A stretch of DNA of 64,000 nucleotides, from contig CAVPNI010000002.1 in assembly GCA_963706715.1 (NCBI GenBank), positions 448,001 through 512,000 on the forward strand. The letters run 5' to 3'. The stretch comes from an uncultured Verrucomicrobiae bacterium (GTDB lineage: Bacteria > Verrucomicrobiota > Verrucomicrobiia > Chthoniobacterales > Xiphinematobacteraceae). The stretch's first letter is position 1; each line of letters opens with the position of its first letter. Below are positions 50,222 through 60,578 of the stretch, piece after piece. Below the pieces are notes generated by a model that saw only the letters and a list, made by a program, of their open reading frames with translations, did no database searches and was not told the origin of the DNA. A program made the translations under genes and the position numbers.

Positions 50222-50395
50222 AGTCCTCTCAAGTGCCACAAATCTTATCGTAGGATAAGTGCAAGCTTAACTCCCTGTTATATAATATAATATATCGCTA
50301 TCTTCCCCAAAAAATGACGTTCTTTTTTTTAAAAATAGGTCTTTGGAGGGCTAATTGACCAACGTTCTAATTTAGGTGTAGAATGCAAAAAAGTT

Positions 50396-50854
50396 ATGAA
50401 AACTCAAGTGCTAAGAATCGCTGCTATGCTGTCATTATTTGTTGGAATCGGGACGGCTCAAGCACATTCATACTACTATCATCACGGACACTGCGGCGGC
50501 TGGGGTGGTAGATGGGGAGGAGGATGGTATGGTCCGGGATGGGGAGGCTGGGGGCCTCCTGTGTCGATTGGATTCAGTCCAGGGTGGGGACCAGGCTATT
50601 ATTATCCAAGTACCTCTGTTATCGTAAGCACGCAACCAACCGATGTCTTTTACAAATCCGGACACACCTCAAACTCGGTATTAGTGAAAGCACAGGCTCG
50701 GCTGAAGAATCTTGGATATTATAAAGGGTCCGTAGACGGCAGCTTTGGACCCGCCACTAGAAAGGCAGTCGAAATGTTTCAGGGTGAAAATGGTTTGCCA
50801 GTCACCGGAAGGCTTGATTCCCAAACATTACGACAACTGAAAGTCAGCACTTAA
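50396..50854 (+). CDS. Secreted Gly/Trp/Tyr-rich protein with a C-terminal peptidoglycan-binding domain
   Basis: Signal peptide, GGW repeats, AQARLKNLGYYKGSVDGSFGPATRKAV. Confidence 0.85.
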   Translation: MKTQVLRIAAMLSLFVGIGTAQAHSYYYHHGHCGGWGGRWGGGWYGPGWGGWGPPVSIGFSPGWGPGYYYPSTSVIVSTQPTDVFYKSGHTSNSVLVKAQARLKNLGYYKGSVDGSFGPATRKAVEMFQGENGLPVTGRLDSQTLRQLKVST

Positions 50855-50873
50855 TGGAGCCTGTCAGAAAGTT

Positions 50874-51077
50874 ATGACAACAACATTGGAGAGTATGCCA
50901 AAGCACGCTACTCATTGGAGTACTCGATCGTTGGCCAAAAAATTGGCAATGAGCCAATCGAGTCTTAGCCGGATATGGCGCGCCTTTGCTCTTCAGCCGC
51001 ATCGGCAAAAGAAATATTCACTTTCTGCCAATCGCTTTCCATCCTACCATCGATTCCGATGGCTGGCCTGGCTCTGA
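50874..51077 (+). pseudogene. IS630-family transposase internal fragment
   Basis: ATHWSTRSLA...SRIWRAFALQPHR is a characteristic IS630 HTH segment; no DDE domain follows. Confidence 0.75.
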
Positions 51078-51138
51078 TTGTGGGGGGGGGTGCATCGGTT
51101 TATATCTGATGGCAGCGCCCTTACCAATTTTGTAGGAT

Positions 51139-51190
51139 TTAGAAGCCGTCGTTACAAATAAAATTTTTCTCAACTACAAGTTTCAAAAAG
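51139..51190 (+). repeat. Palindromic element, copy G (degenerate partial)
   Basis: ttagaagccgtcgttacaaataaaatttttctcaactacaagttt versus ttagaagcccatagttacaaataaagttttttgatctacaaattt in copy I. Confidence 0.5.
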
Positions 51191-51344
51191 AATTAGACAC
51201 AGTCCGCTTCCGCAGCACAGTGGGTTGCGCTCTCTCTGATTTTTAATCTGTGGATTTGCTCTGGCATTTTTTGGTCCCCAACTCATATTTGCCTATTTGA
51301 AATATTGAGCGCCCTCGCTATTTCAAATATTCTTAAATATTGCG

Positions 51345-52049
51345 ATGCTTCCAGAAATCGAAAAACTCCTTATTCTTCAAGACTCAGATCAGAGAATTCG
51401 AACGCTTCAATTGGAACTTTATGCCATGCCCGAGCAACGGGCCGCAAAAGAAAAAGCCTTTTCCGAGGTAACTCATCAACTCACTCGTATCAAAGCTCGC
51501 TCACGTGAAATTGAACTGGAGAAGCAGCGCTTGGAACTGGATGTCCAAACGAAACGTGAATCCATCGCTCGTTACAAACAGCAGCAGCTTCAAACTCGGA
51601 AAAATGAAGAATACTCTGCATTAAGCCATGAAATTTCTGTTGCTGAAGAAAGAATCCGCAGCATCGAGGATCGAGAACTCGAACTGATGGAAGAGGCCGA
51701 GAAACTCCGACCTCTGATCGAACAAGCCGAAAAATCCGACGCGGATGGGCGCACTAAGCTGGAAACGCAATTGTCAGGCCTGGAAACCCGCAAAAACTCG
51801 CTTGAAGCACGAATCCGCGAAATACAAGCAACCCGCACTCGATTGACAGAAGGCATTGAAGAGGATTTGCTCGACCGGTACACTCGCCTTTTTAAAAGCA
51901 AAGGCGGGCAGGCCGTTGTGCCCGTGGAACACGAAGTGTGTTCCGGATGCCATATGAAAGTCACAACTCAGACGGTGATTTTAGTCAAATCTGAAAAGTC
52001 AATCACCCACTGTCCCCAATGTGGCCGGATCCTTTATTTATCCTGTTAG
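51345..52049 (+). CDS. Coiled-coil protein with a C4 zinc ribbon (DUF164 family)
   Basis: LQDSD, KNEEYSALSHEI, CSGCHM...CPQCGRIL. Confidence 0.9.
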   Translation: MLPEIEKLLILQDSDQRIRTLQLELYAMPEQRAAKEKAFSEVTHQLTRIKARSREIELEKQRLELDVQTKRESIARYKQQQLQTRKNEEYSALSHEISVAEERIRSIEDRELELMEEAEKLRPLIEQAEKSDADGRTKLETQLSGLETRKNSLEARIREIQATRTRLTEGIEEDLLDRYTRLFKSKGGQAVVPVEHEVCSGCHMKVTTQTVILVKSEKSITHCPQCGRILYLSC

Positions 52050-52116
52050 GTAGGGAGATCAAGCATGTGGGAGACCGGGGGGGCGCAGTCTCCGAACCCA
52101 TCCTCAGGACGCGCAT

Positions 52117-52935
52117 TCAAGCTGTCCCAGGCCGAGCGTTTACGAAATCCACCAAACCCCAATCTTTTTGCTGATGGAAATCGGTCTCAAAATGAGGCGA
52201 GGTCGATGAATGGCACGGTGGACGCGCATCCATCCAATGATCATGACGGCAAACAGAAATCCAGCAAGCACATCCCAATAAGGGGTTATCGCCAGAAAAT
52301 AAAATTCTGCCTGGAATCTCGATTAGAACCCTCCACTTTTTATCTTTTACCTGCGAACGAACCGCAAAAACCGGTTCACGAATGAGGAAGTTGCTCAGCC
52401 CTGCCACATCAGTATGACGAAGAGTGGCGATCGCGGCTGCATCGGGATAGCCAAGCTGGAGAGTGTCACCATTTGGCGCTACCTGTAGCTGATAACATTC
52501 TGACGCACCGGTCGATTTAAGAAATATCTCCACAGCATCACCACCTTCCCATAACTGTTTATTATCCCGGTGGGCGGTAATTACTATACTCTGATCTTCC
52601 ATGGCCGCCAAAAGATAAATTTTATCGTCCTTCCACCCGATTCGAACTGAAGCGGATTCGAAATACGCATCACCACCGTTTTTCCCCCATTGTTCAAGCG
52701 GAAGATCCGGATGATGTTTAAAGGCTTGCGTTACTTGATTCCAGTCCTCCCAGGCGCAGTTCCCCAACAACTCTTCCCCACGTATCATAACTTTTGGAAC
52801 TTCAAATTCGCGTAACGCTTGTAAATCCTGAACTGTTGCCGGATCTTGGACGAATTCCTGTACTTTTTCTGGCTGCTGCTTCATTCCCTTTCTCATGTCT
52901 GAATATGTTTCCAAAAATTCGGCCGAGCTCCGCAT
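52117..52935 (-). CDS. Carbohydrate-binding family 9-like (DOMON-like) protein
   Basis: IGWKDDKIYL, LWEGGDAVEIFL, YQLQVAPNG, TDFH; start uncertain. Confidence 0.65.
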   Translation of the reverse strand: MRSSAEFLETYSDMRKGMKQQPEKVQEFVQDPATVQDLQALREFEVPKVMIRGEELLGNCAWEDWNQVTQAFKHHPDLPLEQWGKNGGDAYFESASVRIGWKDDKIYLLAAMEDQSIVITAHRDNKQLWEGGDAVEIFLKSTGASECYQLQVAPNGDTLQLGYPDAAAIATLRHTDVAGLSNFLIREPVFAVRSQVKDKKWRVLIEIPGRILFSGDNPLLGCACWISVCRHDHWMDARPPCHSSTSPHFETDFHQQKDWGLVDFVNARPGTA

Positions 52936-53164
52936 TTACTTTTGAGCGAAATATGCGCCCTCTAAAAGCAGTTGCTGTAAATTTTGTTTGGAAGGAGATC
53001 GTTTTTCTTAGCACAAGCGGCCGCTTTTAAAATCACTACAACTTCCGTTACGCGCCAGGTCGCATTGGTTAACGTATAGGTCTGTTAACAAATTTTATTA
53101 ACAATCTTCTATCATTTCAGAGGACCAATAGAGCATATTTGAGTACACTCCGTACTCAGATCGA

Positions 53165-53924
53165 TATAGCAAGGCCCGTATAAAATGATAACAAAATTAT
53201 GTCCTATCCATTAAAAATTCGAGAACATGTAATCAAGATTAAAAAAGAGGAAAATAGACATGGAATTATTAGCAAAAGATGTTGAAGAATATCCAGATGA
53301 CTATCAGAGAGAACGAGCAGCCCGGTTTGGAGTGAGTAAACATGGGATATATTGAGCTCTAAAAAAATTAGGAGTGCCTATAAAAAAATCCTTTCACCAT
53401 CCGAAGGCGGAGCATCTTGCCAGAAAAACTTTTGAAACAAAAATGAATGAACATCGGGAAAGTGGGAAAACTATTGTCTATATCGATGAGAGCGGCTTTG
53501 CAGAAGATATGGCTATGCTGTTAAAGGAAAACGCTCTTTTGGAAAACATGATTGGCACAAGAAGACTAGAACTAATGTCATTGGGGCTTTGATAGGGACT
53601 TGTTTACTTACCACCGGCCTCTTTACGAGTTCCATAAATGGCGACATTTTCCATAACTGGGTGCAAGAAGACCTTTTGCCAAAACTACCGAAAAATTCAG
53701 TGATCGTTATGGATAATGCCACTTTTCATAAGAGAAGTGATACACAAGCCCTGGTAAAAGAGGCTGGTTTTATCTTAGAATATCTCCCTACTGACTCTCC
53801 GGATCTTAATCCTATTGAACATAAATGGGCTCAAGCTAAAGCTCTCCGTAGAAGTCGCCAATGTGCCATGACTTCACTTTTTTCAGATAATTATTTGTAA
53901 TCATTTTATACGGGCCTTGCTATA
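53165..53924 (+). mobile_element. Degenerate IS630-family insertion sequence
   Basis: Perfect IRs tatagcaaggcccgtataaaatga / tcattttatacgggccttgctata with TA ends. Broken transposase: MSYPLKIRE, KIDMELLAKDV...in-frame stop, VYIDESGF, VIVMDNATFH, SPDLNPIEHKW. Confidence 0.92.
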
Positions 53925-53953
53925 TCCGAGATACTACCCACTTTTCCATCCAT

Positions 53954-55153
53954 CTATTCCCGCGCCACAATTGGGGCGACGCCTTTGGTATTTTTAACCA
54001 ACTGATGGATTCTCCAGAGAATAAAACCGCCGCCATTTCGAGGTTGTATGGATCTTTCAAGGCGAAGTTGAAGCGCAATTTCGGAAGCGGGCCATTTCCC
54101 CTCAGAGAGGCGTTCCAGGGCAATTCCCGGATATACGGGGATGCCACGAGGATTGACTGTTGGGTTCCGCCACCAGTTTAGTAAAGTGCTGAAGCTTTGC
54201 TCGCCTCCATCCTTCCAGTACAGTTGAGGGGCAATATAGTCCACCCATCCCTGACGCATCCAGTAGATGGGATCTGAATATAACTGGTTGAGCTGATCAA
54301 TGCCAGCCAGCACGGTTGCTGGGTGTCCTTTTGTATAAATTCCGAACGGACTGATTCCGAATTTCATTCGCGGACGCTGCTGATGAATGAGGGTGCTGAT
54401 TTGATACACCAGCATATTTATGTTTCTGCGACGCCAGTCTCCAAGCCCGAGTTGGCCTCCCGCGGCACGGTAGGCAGAATATTGAATGGCGTCCGGAAAA
54501 GAATGGCCTCCCGCTTGGTCCGGATACGGATAAAAATAATCGTCCAGGTGAATACCCGCCAGATCATAGCGAGAAATGAGATCCTTGACCACCATCAGCA
54601 CGTGGCGTTGGACCGCAGGACTGGAGGGATCCATCCAAAGCGACCGTCCTACCCTTCTCACAGACGTCGCCATCGAACGGCTGATATGCCTTTTATCAAA
54701 GGCATTTTGGGCATTTGTTGCTGCCCGGTAAGGATTAATCCAGGCATGAACCGCAATTCCCCGTCGTTTTCCTTCGTCAATAAAGGCTTGGAGCGGGTCG
54801 AAACCCGGTGATCGCCCCTGCCGACCAGTCAGAAAACGGCTCCAAGGTTCTATAGTCGAGTGATATAACGCATCTCCCTCCGGCCGCACCTGTACAAAAA
54901 CGTTGTTTAGGCGGCATTGTGCTGCGACTTCCATCAGATGCCTAATTTCCTGACGCTGCTCAATGGCAGTCATGCTCTTACGCGATGGAAAATCCAGATT
55001 ATAAACCGAGGAAACCCACGCTCCCCGCATCTCGGGTGCCGCTTGTATCCAAGTAAAGGAAAATGCTAGAAGGCCAACGGTGATCCAACATTTCAAGAAA
55101 TGCCGGATCAATGCGATTCGGGACTTTCTCAGGGGCCGAATAAAAATACACAC
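53954..55153 (-). CDS. Glycosyl hydrolase-like 10 family protein (YddW/DigH-like)
   Basis: EMRGAWV, QVRPEGDALY, HAWINPYR, GIHLDDYFYPY, DYIAPQLYW. Confidence 0.92.
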   Translation of the reverse strand: MCIFIRPLRKSRIALIRHFLKCWITVGLLAFSFTWIQAAPEMRGAWVSSVYNLDFPSRKSMTAIEQRQEIRHLMEVAAQCRLNNVFVQVRPEGDALYHSTIEPWSRFLTGRQGRSPGFDPLQAFIDEGKRRGIAVHAWINPYRAATNAQNAFDKRHISRSMATSVRRVGRSLWMDPSSPAVQRHVLMVVKDLISRYDLAGIHLDDYFYPYPDQAGGHSFPDAIQYSAYRAAGGQLGLGDWRRRNINMLVYQISTLIHQQRPRMKFGISPFGIYTKGHPATVLAGIDQLNQLYSDPIYWMRQGWVDYIAPQLYWKDGGEQSFSTLLNWWRNPTVNPRGIPVYPGIALERLSEGKWPASEIALQLRLERSIQPRNGGGFILWRIHQLVKNTKGVAPIVARE

Positions 55154-55271
55154 AACGGCATAAAACTTATAACCTTTTGTATGAAAATGTCAAAATTTTC
55201 CCATCTAATTGATTTACCGGAGTTTTTTTTGGCCAGAATGGGCTAATTCATATAAAAAGCTTAGGCTTGCT

Positions 55272-56312
55272 ATGAAATACCGAGAACTCCCGGGTACCGG
55301 GCTCCAAATCAGCGAAGTGGGTTTCGGAATGTGGACGGTCTCTACCGGTTGGTGGGGCAATTATTCCGATGCGGAAGCCATTAGACTCATGCGGGGAGCC
55401 TTTGATTTAGGAATCACACTTTTCGATGCTGCCGACACCTACGGGAATGGTCGCAGCGAGGATCTTCTTCGCTACGCTTTCCAGGACGATCGCGATAAAA
55501 TAGTGATCGCTACCAAGGTTGGATATGATTTTCGTCACCACGGTAATGAACGTCGCGGGCAGCGCGAGATTCCCCAGGATTTTAGTCCTCAAGCCATTCG
55601 AAGCGCTACGGATGCGGCCCTATCGCGCCTGGGTACCGATGTGATTGACGTCCTGCAATTGCATAATATTCGCATGGCTCAAGTGGAGGATGATACGATT
55701 TGGGAGGCTTTGGAAGATCTTCGTTCCCGCGGAAAAATTCGTTGTTATGGGGTTGCACTGGGACCTGCCATCGGCTGGCTGGCTGAAGGTGTTTTGGCGA
55801 TTCGGCGCCGCAATCCGACAATTCTCCAACACATCCATAACATGTTGGAACAGCATCCTGGAGCCACAATTCAGCATGCAGCAACGCGGACAAATGCTCA
55901 AACGCGGTTTTTTGTTCGCGTCCCTCATTCCTCAGGCATGTTGGAAGGAAAATACACGGAAAATACGGTATTCCCCGCTAATGATCACCGCAGTCACCGC
56001 CCCCGTAGCTGGCTTCTCAATGGCATTAAGAAAGTGGATCAACTCCGTTTCCTAGAACATCCGAACCGAACTCTCGGACAAGCTGCGCTTCTTTGGCTAC
56101 TGGCTGACAGTCGAGTCCTTTCGACATTGCCAAATATCTATAATTATGAACAACTTACAGAGTTTACTGCTGCTCCCGATGCCCTCCCCCTCACGCCTGC
56201 AGAATTGGAATGTATTCAAACCCTTGTTGAGGCTAACTTCGGGCTCGAATCAGAGCCACCGCGCTTCAAGGGAACCATGGAGTTAGAAGCCGTTTCTTAC
56301 GTCAATCAATAG
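55272..56312 (+). CDS. Aldo/keto reductase
   Basis: GITLFDAADTYGNGRSE, IATKVG, SRLGTDVIDVLQLH. Confidence 0.93.
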   Translation: MKYRELPGTGLQISEVGFGMWTVSTGWWGNYSDAEAIRLMRGAFDLGITLFDAADTYGNGRSEDLLRYAFQDDRDKIVIATKVGYDFRHHGNERRGQREIPQDFSPQAIRSATDAALSRLGTDVIDVLQLHNIRMAQVEDDTIWEALEDLRSRGKIRCYGVALGPAIGWLAEGVLAIRRRNPTILQHIHNMLEQHPGATIQHAATRTNAQTRFFVRVPHSSGMLEGKYTENTVFPANDHRSHRPRSWLLNGIKKVDQLRFLEHPNRTLGQAALLWLLADSRVLSTLPNIYNYEQLTEFTAAPDALPLTPAELECIQTLVEANFGLESEPPRFKGTMELEAVSYVNQ

Positions 56313-56313
56313 C

Positions 56314-57057
56314 TTGAAACGGATTGCTCAACTAATACTAAACAAAGCGTGTCATAGGCTGCGCCCGCGCCCCTCGCATTCATTACATCGACTCCCAAAA
56401 GTCCCTGAACTTTTGATTTTCGATTTCGACGGCACAATTGCCGACACTTTTCAGAATGGACTGGATATCCTCAATGAAATGGCGGCTGAATTTGGCTACC
56501 GTCCACTTTTGGGTGACGATGTCGAAGCTGCCCGGAATATGACAACGCGCCAGCTCATGCGATTCCTAGGGATCTCTCTCGCACGCCTGCCCGTAATTTC
56601 CTTGAGAGGCGTCAAGCTTCTTCACTCCCGAATGCATCGAGTCCATCCAATTTCTGGCATTCCAACGGTTCTCCATAAGCTCCAAGAGGCAGACATCCCT
56701 ATGGGGATTCTTACCTCAAATTCCGAAGAAAACGTGACCACATTTTTACAACGTCATCACTTGGAGATTTTTTCATTTATCCGCAGTTCGTCGCGCCTTT
56801 TTGGGAAAGCACATGAAATCAATACCATCTTGCGCACCTATGGCTTGAGTCCAGAAAAAGTCATCTTTATTGGAGATGAAACCCGCGATGTTGAAGCCGC
56901 CCATCGCAGTAAAGTACCCATTATTGCCGTAGGCTGGGGATACAACAGTCAAGAGGCGTTGATAGCACAAAAGCCCCAAGCCACCGTGGCACACCCCACC
57001 GAATTATTAAAATTTTTGTCGCTAAAAAAACGGACGGACTGTGTCCGCTTCCTTTAG
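56314..57057 (+). CDS. HAD-family hydrolase (phosphoglycolate phosphatase-like)
   Basis: IFDFDGT, ILTSN, FGK, IGDETRD, WGY; start uncertain. Confidence 0.9.
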   Translation: MKRIAQLILNKACHRLRPRPSHSLHRLPKVPELLIFDFDGTIADTFQNGLDILNEMAAEFGYRPLLGDDVEAARNMTTRQLMRFLGISLARLPVISLRGVKLLHSRMHRVHPISGIPTVLHKLQEADIPMGILTSNSEENVTTFLQRHHLEIFSFIRSSSRLFGKAHEINTILRTYGLSPEKVIFIGDETRDVEAAHRSKVPIIAVGWGYNSQEALIAQKPQATVAHPTELLKFLSLKKRTDCVRFL

Positions 57058-57073
57058 AAGCAGCCGATTGAGA
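57038..57073 (-). repeat. Palindromic element, copy H (terminus; overlaps the HAD 3' end)
   Basis: tttagaagcagccgattgaga is the exact reverse complement of the corresponding stretch of copy A. Confidence 0.65.
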
Positions 57074-57142
57074 CTTGGCGGGAGCCACAAGCGAGGCAAA
57101 AAGAACGACAAGGCATGGTCATTTTATAGGACTTTCGCTATA
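57070..57142. repeat. IS630-like right-end relic, shared with 374-445
   Basis: gagacttggcgggagccacaagcgaggcaaaaagaacgac...tcattttataggactttcgctata. Confidence 0.65.
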
Positions 57143-57151
57143 GCTGGCATT

Positions 57152-57421
57152 TTATGCTTTGAGATGCGACGTATTTTTCAGAATGTAATGTGCAATAGTG
57201 TTAACACTTACAAACGCTTCCCTCGCAACCTGAGCATTAGGTGTCACCACGCCAAAATTTTTTTCGATGGCGACAGTGAGTTCCAAAGCATCTATGGAAT
57301 CCAATTTCAAGCCCTCCACAGCAAACAAGGCGATATCATCTTGAATTTCCTCGGGACTTATTTGCAGCATTAAATTCTCTACCAAGATTTTCTTAATGCG
57401 GGCCTTTAGTTCATCACTCAT
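57152..57421 (-). CDS. Acyl carrier protein
   Basis: MSDELKARIK...GLKLDSIDALEL phosphopantetheine-site Ser. Confidence 0.9.
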   Translation of the reverse strand: MSDELKARIKKILVENLMLQISPEEIQDDIALFAVEGLKLDSIDALELTVAIEKNFGVVTPNAQVAREAFVSVNTIAHYILKNTSHLKA

Positions 57422-57565
57422 GTACGATTCATTAGGATTGTCAAAATTCAGTCCAAGGCAAGATCTCTTCATCCGGACATTTAACATACTGAATATCTAT
57501 AACTTACCATTTTACGGGAACATCTTGGGGGTCTTTGGCACTCCGGAATTTTTGCTACCGGCTTA

Positions 57566-58297
57566 ATGAAACGCTGCCGTTTGGATAGTCTATTGATAGA
57601 AAGAAAATTTTTTGAATCTCGGGAAAAAGCTCAACGGGCTATCATGGCCGGAGAAGTTCGGATGGAGGGACGATTCGCTTTGAAACCGGGCACGTTAGTT
57701 CCGGTCGATGCAACAATCGAGATTGCTACACGCGAGCGTTATGTTGGCCGGGGAGGAATCAAACTGGAAGCGGCTCTTTCTAATTTTGATATCGATGTCC
57801 AAAACAGAATCTGTTTCGATATAGGTTCCTCAACCGGAGGATTCACGGATTGCTTGTTACAACATGGCGCTCGACGTATTCATGCGGTTGATGTGGGACG
57901 GGGTCAACTTCATTGGAGCCTCCGCGAAAATCCCTGCGTTGTGGTTCACGAGGGAATCAATGCCCGCTACCTCACGGCGTCGGAACTTGGAGAGCGTCCG
58001 GAAATTGGGGTGATCGATGTCAGCTTCATCTCCCTAACATTGATTTTACCAGCTTGTTTTGCCTTACTGAACGAGACAGGCTGTATGATTGCCTTGATCA
58101 AACCCCAATTTGAGCTGGAGAGAAAACGCGTCGGCAAAGGGGGGATTGTCCGAGATCCCAGTGCTCACCAGGTAGCTATCGAAAAAATTCGTGCTTTTGT
58201 TAATGATGTTCTCAAAGCACATTGGGAAGCAGTTATGGAATCCCCTATCACAGGCACTTCCGGAAACAAAGAATTCCTAGCCTATCTTCGACCATGA
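57566..58297 (+). CDS. tlyA: TlyA-family rRNA methyltransferase
   Basis: S4 domain, YVGRGGIKL, DIGSSTGGFTD, DVSFISL, IKPQFE, GNKEF. Confidence 0.95.
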   Translation: MKRCRLDSLLIERKFFESREKAQRAIMAGEVRMEGRFALKPGTLVPVDATIEIATRERYVGRGGIKLEAALSNFDIDVQNRICFDIGSSTGGFTDCLLQHGARRIHAVDVGRGQLHWSLRENPCVVVHEGINARYLTASELGERPEIGVIDVSFISLTLILPACFALLNETGCMIALIKPQFELERKRVGKGGIVRDPSAHQVAIEKIRAFVNDVLKAHWEAVMESPITGTSGNKEFLAYLRP

Positions 58298-59157
58298 TTG
58301 GTTTGATTGCCCATGCTTCCAAACAGGAAGCCAAACCCCTGATTATGGAGCTCACGGAGAAGCTCCGGAAAGCTGGAATTGAGGTACTACTCGAAAGCTA
58401 TACGGCGGCCGCAGTCGGTGAAAAGAATCATGCCAACACCAAAGAAATGGCAGCAGCTTGTGACCTTATAGTTGTACTCGGGGGGGATGGCACCCTACTG
58501 CGCGCCGTTCGGCATATGGTGCCAGTCATACCGCCCATTTTTGGCATCAATATCGGATCACTGGGTTTTCTGACCTGTCTAGGGCCCCGGGAAATCAAAG
58601 AAGCTATTGAATGTATTGTAAACCGCAGCTTTCTGATTAGCCATCGTTCAATGCTTTCGGTTAAAATTGAAAAGGAGGATGGCTCAGATGCCCCCCGAAC
58701 CCAGATGCTTGCACTTAATGATGCGGTCATCAGCCGTGGTTCTCGCTCTTCACTCGTGCATCTCAGTGTCCTGATTGATGGTGACGTGCTCACAAACTAC
58801 TATGCAGACGGTCTCATTATTGCGACACCGACTGGTTCTACGGCATACTCGCTCGCTGCAGGCGGTCCCATCCTCACGCCAACATCGGGCGCTTTTGTTG
58901 TAACGCCAATCTGCCCCCATGTACTGACTAACCGCTCAACTGTCGTGAGCGACAAGTCGGTCATTGAAGTTCGTCTCTCGATTCCGAATCAAGAAGTGAA
59001 CGTTGCTATCGATGGACAGACCTCTCGCCAACTCCATCCCAACGAATTATTGCACCTGACAAAGTCTCCGATCACTCTCCCATTGGCCATATTGCCCGAA
59101 CGATCTTTTTCCCAAGTCCTCAGGCAAAAATTGAAATGGAGTGGCAGCAATTTCTAA
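58294..59157 (+). CDS. nadK: NAD kinase
   Basis: LGGDGT, GSLGFL, LND, ADGLIIATPTGSTAYSLAAGG. Confidence 0.96.
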   Translation: MIGLIAHASKQEAKPLIMELTEKLRKAGIEVLLESYTAAAVGEKNHANTKEMAAACDLIVVLGGDGTLLRAVRHMVPVIPPIFGINIGSLGFLTCLGPREIKEAIECIVNRSFLISHRSMLSVKIEKEDGSDAPRTQMLALNDAVISRGSRSSLVHLSVLIDGDVLTNYYADGLIIATPTGSTAYSLAAGGPILTPTSGAFVVTPICPHVLTNRSTVVSDKSVIEVRLSIPNQEVNVAIDGQTSRQLHPNELLHLTKSPITLPLAILPERSFSQVLRQKLKWSGSNF

Positions 59158-59198
59158 TTTTGACCACAAAACCATTCGCCATACCAGGTGATTGCATC

Positions 59199-60563
59199 AT
59201 GAGCCACACCAAAACCGCACGCCTCCACTGCCTTGCCCTTGAAATTGTTCACCGCCTCCATGAGGCTCACCATGAGGCTCTCTTCGCAGGCGGCTGTGTG
59301 CGCGACCAACTTCTCGGCACCCCGCCTCATGACTACGATATCGTAACTGATGCTCATCCGGACCAGATACAGACGCTTTTCGAAAGGACAGTTCCGGTAG
59401 GCGCACAATTTGGAGTCATTCTTGTAATTCAAGAAAGCATCCCCTTTCAGATAGCCACTTTTCGAAGGGATGGACGGTATTTGGATCATCGTCATCCGGA
59501 AAAAGTTTCTTTCGGAGGACGTGAAGAAGATGCTCTTCGAAGGGACTTCACGATCAATGGACTTTTTGAGGACCCATTAAAGGGGAGTATTCTCGATTAT
59601 GTGGGGGGTCAAAAGGACCTCCACGATCGGGTGATCCGCTGTATTGGTGACCCCGCAACTCGTTTTGAAGAAGACCGTTTGCGTCTCCTGCGAGCCATTC
59701 GTTTTGCAACCATCCTTAATTTTGAAATTCACCCTGATACCTGGCAAGCAGTAATTGCGCGCTCTCATCTGCTAAGCCAGATTAGTGCGGAGCGAATCCG
59801 CGAAGAACTTTGTCGCATTCTTCTTTCTCCTCAAAGGACACGAGGCTTTGATCTGTTAGATCAAAGCGGCATTTTGAAGCATCTGCTCCCCGAAGTGGAG
59901 GCCTTAAAAGGCTGCGAACAGCCGGTGGAATTTCATCCCGAAGGAGACGTCTTTGTCCACACTCGTCTTATGCTCTCTTTACTCCCCCCCAAAGTTTCGC
60001 TTCCTCTAGTTCTCGCCGTACTTTTTCACGACCTTGGAAAGCCGGGAACGGCACGAGTGGATGAGACAGGGAGAATCCGCTTTAATGCCCATGAAAAGCT
60101 CAGTGCTGAAATGACGGTTCAGATTATGAAGCGGCTGCGCTATTCAAATTCAGAAATCGAAAAAACCGAAGCCATTGTCCGCAATCACATGTCATTCAAA
60201 GACGTGAAAAATATGCGACGATCAACGCTGAAACGTTTTCTGGCTCGTCCGGCTTTTGAGGATGAATTGGAATTACACCGGGTGGATTGCCTGGGAAGTC
60301 ACGGACTTCTCGACAACTACGAATTTTTGGTCGCAAAACGTCAGGAGCTTTCAACCGAAGTCCTGGTGCCTCCTGCACTCTTGACGGGAAGAGATCTCAT
60401 TGCTCTTGGTTGGAAGCCGGGTCCTCAATTCAAAATTGCGTTGGAGGCCGCTCACAATGCGCAACTGGAAGGCATTCTCTCCTCCAAACAAGAAGCCATC
60501 GCGTTTGTAACAAAAAAATATCCACCGGCATCCTCGGATCTCCAATTGAAAATTGGAGATTAA
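59199..60563 (+). CDS. cca: CCA tRNA nucleotidyltransferase / PcnB family with HD domain
   Basis: GGCVRD, DYD, RRDFTIN, EDRLRLLR, SAERI, HDLGK. Confidence 0.85.
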   Translation: MSHTKTARLHCLALEIVHRLHEAHHEALFAGGCVRDQLLGTPPHDYDIVTDAHPDQIQTLFERTVPVGAQFGVILVIQESIPFQIATFRRDGRYLDHRHPEKVSFGGREEDALRRDFTINGLFEDPLKGSILDYVGGQKDLHDRVIRCIGDPATRFEEDRLRLLRAIRFATILNFEIHPDTWQAVIARSHLLSQISAERIREELCRILLSPQRTRGFDLLDQSGILKHLLPEVEALKGCEQPVEFHPEGDVFVHTRLMLSLLPPKVSLPLVLAVLFHDLGKPGTARVDETGRIRFNAHEKLSAEMTVQIMKRLRYSNSEIEKTEAIVRNHMSFKDVKNMRRSTLKRFLARPAFEDELELHRVDCLGSHGLLDNYEFLVAKRQELSTEVLVPPALLTGRDLIALGWKPGPQFKIALEAAHNAQLEGILSSKQEAIAFVTKKYPPASSDLQLKIGD

Positions 60564-60578
60564 ACCATTCGAGTAAAA

